This document shows positions 58,375 to 64,000 of a stretch of 64,000 bases of DNA, in pieces. The position numbers and the translations under genes were made by a program. The stretch comes from Candidatus Eiseniibacteriota bacterium (GTDB lineage Bacteria > Eisenbacteria > RBG-16-71-46): NCBI GenBank assembly GCA_963717505.1, contig OY970342.1:1664001-1728000 (forward strand), written 5' to 3'. The notes beneath the pieces were generated by a model that had not been told where the DNA came from, did no database searches, and saw only the letters and a program-made list of their open reading frames with translations. Every line of letters starts with the position of its first letter. The stretch's first letter is position 1.

Positions 58375-60072
58375 GTGAGGCTTATGGGCGTTTTGTGCAT
58401 ATTGGCGGCACTCGCAGGCTGCACCGCGACTCCCAAGCATGACGTCGTGCTGCGCGGCGGAATGATTTATGACGGCAGTGGCACGCCGCCGCGTACCGGC
58501 GACGTCGCGATCTCGGGCGACTCGATCGTCGCGATCGGAACGGTCCCCGAGAAAGGCAAGGTCGAGATCGACGCTCGGGGACTCGCAGTCGCACCCGGGT
58601 TCATCAACATGCTGAGCTGGTCGACCGAGTCGCTGCTCGAGGACGGTCGCTCCCAGAGCGAGATTCGCCAGGGCGTCACGCTCCAGGTCTTCGGCGAGGG
58701 CTGGTCGATGGGGCCGCTCAACGACTCGATGAAGGTGCGGACCTTGCGCGAGCAGGGCGACATCAAGTTCGACGTCGCGTGGACGACGCTCGGCCAATAC
58801 CTGGACCATCTGGTCCGCCGCGGAGTCTCGTGCAACGTCGCCTCGTTCGTGGGCGCCACCACCGTGCGCATTCACGAACTGGGCTACGAAGATCGCCGGC
58901 CCACTCCGGACGAACTGGAGCGCATGCGCGCGCTGGTCCGCCAGGGGATGGAAGAGGGCGCCCTGGGTGTCGGCTCCTCGTTGATCTACGCGCCGGCGTT
59001 CTATGCGAACACCGACGAGCTGATCGAGTTGGTGAAGGCGGCGGCCCCGTACGGCGGCATGTACGTCTCGCACCTGCGCAGCGAAGGCAATCGGCTGGTC
59101 GAGGCGGTGGACGAGCTGATTCGCATCGCCCGCGCCTCGGAGGCGCCGGCCGAGATCTATCACTTGAAGGCGGCCGGAGAGGCCAATTGGTTCAAGCTCG
59201 ATCAGGTGATCGAGCGGGTCGAAGCGGCCCGTGAGGATGGCCTGAAGATCACGACGAACATGTACACGTACACCGCCGGAGCGACCGGCCTCGATGCCGC
59301 GATGCCGCCCTGGGTGCAGGAGGGTGGTCTCCAAGAGTGGCGCGCGCGGCTCCAGGATCCCGCGACCCGCGCGCGGGTGCGTGGGGAGATGAGAACGCGC
59401 ACCGACCAATGGGAGAACTGGCTCCTGCTCGCGGGGTCGCCCGAGCGCGTCGTGCTGGTCGGCTTCAAGCAGGACTCACTCAAGTACTTGACGGGGAAAA
59501 CATTGGCGCAGGTGGCGGCCATGCGCGGCAAGTCTCCCGAAGAGACCGCGATGGATCTGGTCGTTCAGGACGACAGTCGCGTCGGCACCGTCTACTTCGT
59601 GATGTCCGAAGACAACGTGCGGCGTCAGGTCGCGCTGCCGTGGATGAGCTTCGGCTCGGACGCGGAATCGCAGGCGCCCGAGGGTGTGTTCCTGAAATCC
59701 AATCCGCACCCGCGCGCCTACGGCAACTTCGCGCGTCTGCTGGGACGCTACGTGCGGGAGGAGAAGAAGCTCTCGCTCGAGGAAGCCATCCGCAAACTCA
59801 CGTCACTGCCCGCCGAGAATCTCAAGCTCAGGCGGCGCGGCCGACTCGAGCCCGGGTATTTCGCCGACGTCGTCGTGTTCGACGCTTCCAAGATTCAAGA
59901 TCACGCGACGTTCGAGCAGCCGCATCAGTACGCGACCGGCGTCGTTCACGTGTTCGTGAACGGGACTCAGGTCCTGAAAGACGGCGAGCACACCAGCGCC
60001 AAGCCCGGCCGCGTGGTGCGCGGACCGGGATGGACGGGATGGCAGGGCGGGGGCGCAGTGGCCGCGCGCTAG
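58375..60072 (+). CDS. N-acyl-D-amino-acid deacylase (amidohydrolase), lipoprotein
   Basis: Lipobox LAGC, APGFINML, SHLRSEG, HPRAYGNF and ADVVVFD; GGAGG SD. Confidence 0.9.
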   Translation: MRLMGVLCILAALAGCTATPKHDVVLRGGMIYDGSGTPPRTGDVAISGDSIVAIGTVPEKGKVEIDARGLAVAPGFINMLSWSTESLLEDGRSQSEIRQGVTLQVFGEGWSMGPLNDSMKVRTLREQGDIKFDVAWTTLGQYLDHLVRRGVSCNVASFVGATTVRIHELGYEDRRPTPDELERMRALVRQGMEEGALGVGSSLIYAPAFYANTDELIELVKAAAPYGGMYVSHLRSEGNRLVEAVDELIRIARASEAPAEIYHLKAAGEANWFKLDQVIERVEAAREDGLKITTNMYTYTAGATGLDAAMPPWVQEGGLQEWRARLQDPATRARVRGEMRTRTDQWENWLLLAGSPERVVLVGFKQDSLKYLTGKTLAQVAAMRGKSPEETAMDLVVQDDSRVGTVYFVMSEDNVRRQVALPWMSFGSDAESQAPEGVFLKSNPHPRAYGNFARLLGRYVREEKKLSLEEAIRKLTSLPAENLKLRRRGRLEPGYFADVVVFDASKIQDHATFEQPHQYATGVVHVFVNGTQVLKDGEHTSAKPGRVVRGPGWTGWQGGGAVAAR

Positions 60073-60081
60073 CGTTGCGGT

Positions 60082-61314
60082 CTATGCGATTCGTGGGAAG
60101 ACGGGCCCTGCGAATCCTTGACGAATAGCCGGCGTGTGAGATTGGCCACGCGGACCGAAGCAGGTCAACGCCAGGCGTACACGCTGCTCGAGCGGTGCGT
60201 CGGCGATGGCCTCGGTGAGCGCAGCAGCACGGCGCGACTCATCTGCTCGGAGTCCGAGTGATCGGAGCCAGGGGATGACTTCGGCTGCCGCAGCTCGCGC
60301 CTTGGCTGCCTCTCGTTTCTCATGCATGAACCCATCGCCAAACGTGCCCTCGGCCTCGTATTGGTTATGGGCCCGGCAGAGCAGACGTATGCCCTCCACG
60401 GTCGCCCGGCCGCCTCGGGCCACCGGAACAACGTGGTCGAACTCGAGCCGGGTGGTGGCCGGGCATCGCTTGCCGCTGCTACCGACAAACGTGCACCTCC
60501 CGCGGTCCCGGGCCCAGACTTCGCGCTTCACATGCGCGGGGACCGTGCGCTTCCCGGTCGCCTTGCGCCGCGAGTCGGCTCGCGGACGGTCGATCGCACC
60601 GAACTTCTTCCTTTCGAGCTCCTTTCTGAGCAGCCTTAATGCGCGGCTGAATACCTGCGCGATATCCCCGGAAGGGATCTGGTGGCCGAGCAACCCCCGG
60701 ACGCACTCCAGGTCGTCATGGGTGCCTTGGTCGATGGTGAATTGAACCGCAAAGCGCTGCGTCGACAATGGTTTCACCCTGGGGAACGGCGCTGCCGCCG
60801 GTTGATCGGCGACTACTGAACCGTTGATCCCAACTTGCCCCGGGGCAAGTTGGTCGGCCTGCTCGGGTGGTGGGGCCAGAAGCGACTGAACCCTCGCGGG
60901 CACGTCCCCCCGAGGGAATCGCTCCGCGATCATTCGCTCGATTTCGGCTTTCGTCTTGTGCGTCGCGGCAGCGATCAGCTCGTCCGCGTTTGCCGGAGTC
61001 AGATGCGCCGCGAGCAAGACCGCGCCACACAAGTGAAGTCGGCCGTCCGCCAGGGCGACCAACAAGGCTGGACACTCCCGAGCCGTACGGATCACCTGGA
61101 TACGCTTGTAGGCGGCATCCTCGGACATACCGAGTTCACGAACACAGTACTCCCGCATCGACGGGTAGCCGGCCGGGAGGTAGAGCCGACGGTAGTCGGC
61201 CTCGGCGAGGTGGGCGATCAGGGCGGCGGTGGTGGCGCGATCCTGAACCACCAGAGACTTGAGGGCGGTGAGCAGCTCGCGATCGCCGAGCTGGGTCAAC
61301 GAATAGGCGCGCAT
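60082..61314 (-). CDS. HNH endonuclease domain protein (DUF222-like N-terminus)
   Basis: VWARDRGRC...C....LEFDHVVPVARGG......LLCRAHN motif; N-terminal GYPSMREYCVRELG.SE..AYKRI. Confidence 0.88.
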   Translation of the reverse strand: MRAYSLTQLGDRELLTALKSLVVQDRATTAALIAHLAEADYRRLYLPAGYPSMREYCVRELGMSEDAAYKRIQVIRTARECPALLVALADGRLHLCGAVLLAAHLTPANADELIAAATHKTKAEIERMIAERFPRGDVPARVQSLLAPPPEQADQLAPGQVGINGSVVADQPAAAPFPRVKPLSTQRFAVQFTIDQGTHDDLECVRGLLGHQIPSGDIAQVFSRALRLLRKELERKKFGAIDRPRADSRRKATGKRTVPAHVKREVWARDRGRCTFVGSSGKRCPATTRLEFDHVVPVARGGRATVEGIRLLCRAHNQYEAEGTFGDGFMHEKREAAKARAAAAEVIPWLRSLGLRADESRRAAALTEAIADAPLEQRVRLALTCFGPRGQSHTPAIRQGFAGPVFPRIA

Positions 61315-61571
61315 GACAGACGCTTTCTTCGGGGGCGCACCTACAGCAGAGCCGGATCCATCCGGCAGAACTCACCCATTCTCGCACGCGGGATTTCGGC
61401 GCTCAGGAATGCGCGGGCCCTGCATATCTCGAAGCGTCGCGAGATCTGTTTCTCGATGCAGGGACTTCGCTCGCCGCAGCGCATCCTGCGCGCGTTCAAG
61501 CAGTCGCGAGAAACCACCGGCGACTACGCGGCTGCATCGTCCCCAAAGCTCGTCAAGGGCTATTTTTCGAT

Positions 61572-62843
61572 CTACGGGAAGATCCCCCGCACCTTGGTCG
61601 CCTCGGCCACCCGGCTCACCGCCAGCACGTAGGCCCCGTCGCGCAGGCTGCACGTGTGCTCCTTGGCCTTGTAGGCCACCGCGCTGTAGGCGGTGGTCAT
61701 GTACTTTTCCAGCCGGCGATCGACTTCGTTCTCCTCCCAGAAGAACGAATAGAAGTCCTGCACCCACTCGAAGTACGACACGGTGACGCCGCCGGCGTTG
61801 GCCAGGATGTCGGGGATCACGGTGCGTCCGCGCTTGAACAGGATGTCGTCGGCCATCGGGGTGGTCGGACCGTTAGCGGCCTCGGCGATGATCTGCGCCT
61901 TGATGCGCATGGCGTTGGCCGAGGTGATCTGGTTCTCGAGTGCCGCCGGCACCAGGATGTCGACCGGCAGCTCGAGCAGCTGTCGATTGGTGACCGGCTT
62001 GCCGCCCTTGAAGGTCTTGAGGCTCGCCTTCTCGCCCTTGGGGCCGCGCTTCTCCTTGTGCGCCATCAGCGCCTTGGGATCGAGGCCCTTGGCCACGTAC
62101 ACGCCGCCGCCCGAGTCGGACGCCGCCACGATCCTGGCGCCCTCCTCGTGGAGTAGCTCCGCCAGGTTGCTGCCGGCGTTGCCGAAGCCCTGGATCGCGA
62201 CCGTAGCGCCCTTGAGCGACATCTTCCGCGCCTTGCATGCCTCGCGCAGCGTGAACTGCACACCACGCGCCGTCGCCTTGTCGCGCCCGCGCGAGCCGCC
62301 GAGTGACAGCGGCTTGCCGGTGACCACGCCGAGAACGGTGGCGCCCTTGGTCATGCTGTAGGTATCCATGATCCACGCCATGGTCTGCGAGTCGGTGTAG
62401 ACGTCGGGTGCGGGGATGTCCTGCCCGGGGCCGATCAGCGGCAGGATTTCGCTGGTGTACCGGCGCGTCAGTCGCTCCAGCTCGCCTCTGGACAGCGCGT
62501 GCGGGTCGACGATGACGCCGCCCTTGCCGCCGCCGAAGGGCAGGTCGAGGCAGGCGCACTTCCACGTCATCCACGACGCCAGTGCGCGCACTTCATCGAG
62601 GGTGACGTCGGGGTGGAAACGAATCCCGCCCTTGGCCGGGCCGCGCGCCATGTTGTGGGCCACACGGTAGCCCGTGAACACGCGATAGTTGCCGGTGTCC
62701 ATCCGCACCGGGATCGAGACCGTGAGCTCGCGCTTGGGGGTCGCGAGGATCGCCCTCATGCCGTCGTCGAGACCCAGTCGGCGCGCGGCGCGCTCGAACT
62801 GCGAGCGCGCGATCTTGAAGGGGTTCAGGTTCTCGCGAGGCAT
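61572..62843 (-). CDS. gdhA: Glu/Leu/Phe/Val dehydrogenase (glutamate dehydrogenase)
   Basis: GPAKGGIRFHP, GGGKGG, DIPAPD, IQGFGNAG, EAANGP and NAGGVTVSYFEW motifs. Confidence 0.93.
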   Translation of the reverse strand: MPRENLNPFKIARSQFERAARRLGLDDGMRAILATPKRELTVSIPVRMDTGNYRVFTGYRVAHNMARGPAKGGIRFHPDVTLDEVRALASWMTWKCACLDLPFGGGKGGVIVDPHALSRGELERLTRRYTSEILPLIGPGQDIPAPDVYTDSQTMAWIMDTYSMTKGATVLGVVTGKPLSLGGSRGRDKATARGVQFTLREACKARKMSLKGATVAIQGFGNAGSNLAELLHEEGARIVAASDSGGGVYVAKGLDPKALMAHKEKRGPKGEKASLKTFKGGKPVTNRQLLELPVDILVPAALENQITSANAMRIKAQIIAEAANGPTTPMADDILFKRGRTVIPDILANAGGVTVSYFEWVQDFYSFFWEENEVDRRLEKYMTTAYSAVAYKAKEHTCSLRDGAYVLAVSRVAEATKVRGIFP

Positions 62844-62852
62844 CGATCCTCC

Positions 62853-63755
62853 CTAGGATTTGCGGCGCGGACGGCGGGTGCCGCCGCGCGGTTTCTCGCG
62901 TCCACCGGCCGCGGCCGCGTACGCGAGTCGAATGTTCTGTTCGTGGATCGGTTCGGTAGGGTACTCCGTCGATCGTTTGCCGGGATAGTCCAAACCGGCG
63001 AGTCCGTCGATCACCGACTCCACTGAGCGGCCCGCGCGCACCGCGTCGTGCGCCGCGTGTTCGATGGTATCGAGATAGTCCAGGTCGGCCTGGAATCGAT
63101 CTAGCACGTCCTCGCGACCCCGAGCGATCGCGCCGTGGCCGGGGATCAGGGTCTGGATCGCGCCGCCATGCGCGATCGGCAACAGCGCGTCGAGCGATTG
63201 GCGGTAGGTGTCGGGGGGCTGGTGCAGGTCGGGGATCTCGAGGTCCGAGAGCATGTCGGCCGCAATCAGCACGCCGTGCTCGGGTAGATGGACGTTGATC
63301 TGGTGCTCGCAATGCCCGGGCGCGCTCCGGAACACCAGCCGCCACGGGCCGACCATACGAAAGTGGAGCCCGCTGACTTCGTGGTCGATGCGATAGGGCG
63401 CGAACGGGCGGGGCCAGGTTTCGCCGGCAGCCGACGCCAGAGCCTCGGCTTCCTTGGAAAACGCCGCGACCTTGTCGCGCATCGCTCCCGAAAACGCATC
63501 GTGGGCGATGGTCTCGGCCTCCGGCCACCACGAGCGCCCGAGCACGTGGTCCCAGTGAGCATGAGTGAAGACCAGCGTTACCGCGACCGGCGCCACTTCG
63601 CGCACGGATTGCGCGAGGTCGTCGATCTCCGACGGCAGGATTCCCGGATCGACGATCACCGTGTGCTCGGCATGTAGCAGGAGCACGCTGTTCATCGCGT
63701 ACCGGCGACTTTGGCGGACGCGGATGCCGTTGCCGAGATCGGTCCAGCCGGCCAT
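62853..63755 (-). CDS. MBL-fold metallo-hydrolase
   Basis: THAHWDH, APGH and IPGHG motifs. Confidence 0.9.
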   Translation of the reverse strand: MAGWTDLGNGIRVRQSRRYAMNSVLLLHAEHTVIVDPGILPSEIDDLAQSVREVAPVAVTLVFTHAHWDHVLGRSWWPEAETIAHDAFSGAMRDKVAAFSKEAEALASAAGETWPRPFAPYRIDHEVSGLHFRMVGPWRLVFRSAPGHCEHQINVHLPEHGVLIAADMLSDLEIPDLHQPPDTYRQSLDALLPIAHGGAIQTLIPGHGAIARGREDVLDRFQADLDYLDTIEHAAHDAVRAGRSVESVIDGLAGLDYPGKRSTEYPTEPIHEQNIRLAYAAAAGGREKPRGGTRRPRRKS

Positions 63756-63766
63756 GGGCGTGGGAC

Positions 63767-64000
63767 TCAGCTCGAAGGCGCGCGAATGCGACCGGCGATC
63801 AGCTCGCGCTCGAGCGAGTCCACGGCGGCCTTGATCGGGTCGGGGATCAGCGCGCGGTTGCGCTCGTCGTAGACCCAGCCGACACCCTTCTCGGCGAGCC
63901 CAAACTCCTGGATTCCGCCGCGCCAGCGCCCGGCCTGGGCCTCGCGAATACAGTCGAACACCGCGACGTCGACGCGCTTGATCATCGAGGTCAGCACGAC
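63767..64000 (-). CDS. BMP family nucleoside ABC substrate-binding protein, C-terminal part (truncated by window)
   Basis: VLTSMIKRVDVAV...FGLAEKGVG...IAGRI, the typical BMP/PnrA C-terminus. Confidence 0.85.
   Translation of the reverse strand, partial: VVLTSMIKRVDVAVFDCIREAQAGRWRGGIQEFGLAEKGVGWVYDERNRALIPDPIKAAVDSLERELIAGRIRAPSS

Overview
A 64-kb, very GC-rich, gene-dense bacterial chromosome window from a diderm. Gene content and protein style suggest an FCB-related lineage such as Candidatus Eisenbacteria; this is inferred, not verified. Most of it is housekeeping: ppdK, pyk, smpB-amidase-GerMN-murI-rph-rdgB, ssb, tmRNA, yggS-yggT-DUF167-PNP-dksA-like-lspA-rluD-rsbW-like-ruvX-mltG-larE, five tRNAs (Leu-CAG, His-GTG, Arg-TCT, Pro-TGG, Val-TAC), a nucleoside ABC transporter with a second PNP, a MacAB-like ABC exporter, D-aminoacylase, an HNH endonuclease and glutamate dehydrogenase. 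The standout is a candidate protein sorting and surface-assembly system at about 35.6-49.5 kb. It comprises a dockerin-like secreted protein, four tandem Cys-rich secreted paralogs, two SurA/parvulin-like chaperones, a 1416-aa PorU/gingipain-like C25 peptidase and a HEAT-cyclophilin. The four paralogs and an unrelated lamin-tail protein 20 kb away all end in the same short motif, [ST]WGx[IV][KR]xLYR-stop. Three promoters in the locus share the form TTGACN-N18-TAGACT. No CRISPR array, rRNA, integrase or transposase was seen. All family assignments come from motif recognition by eye; no database search was run.
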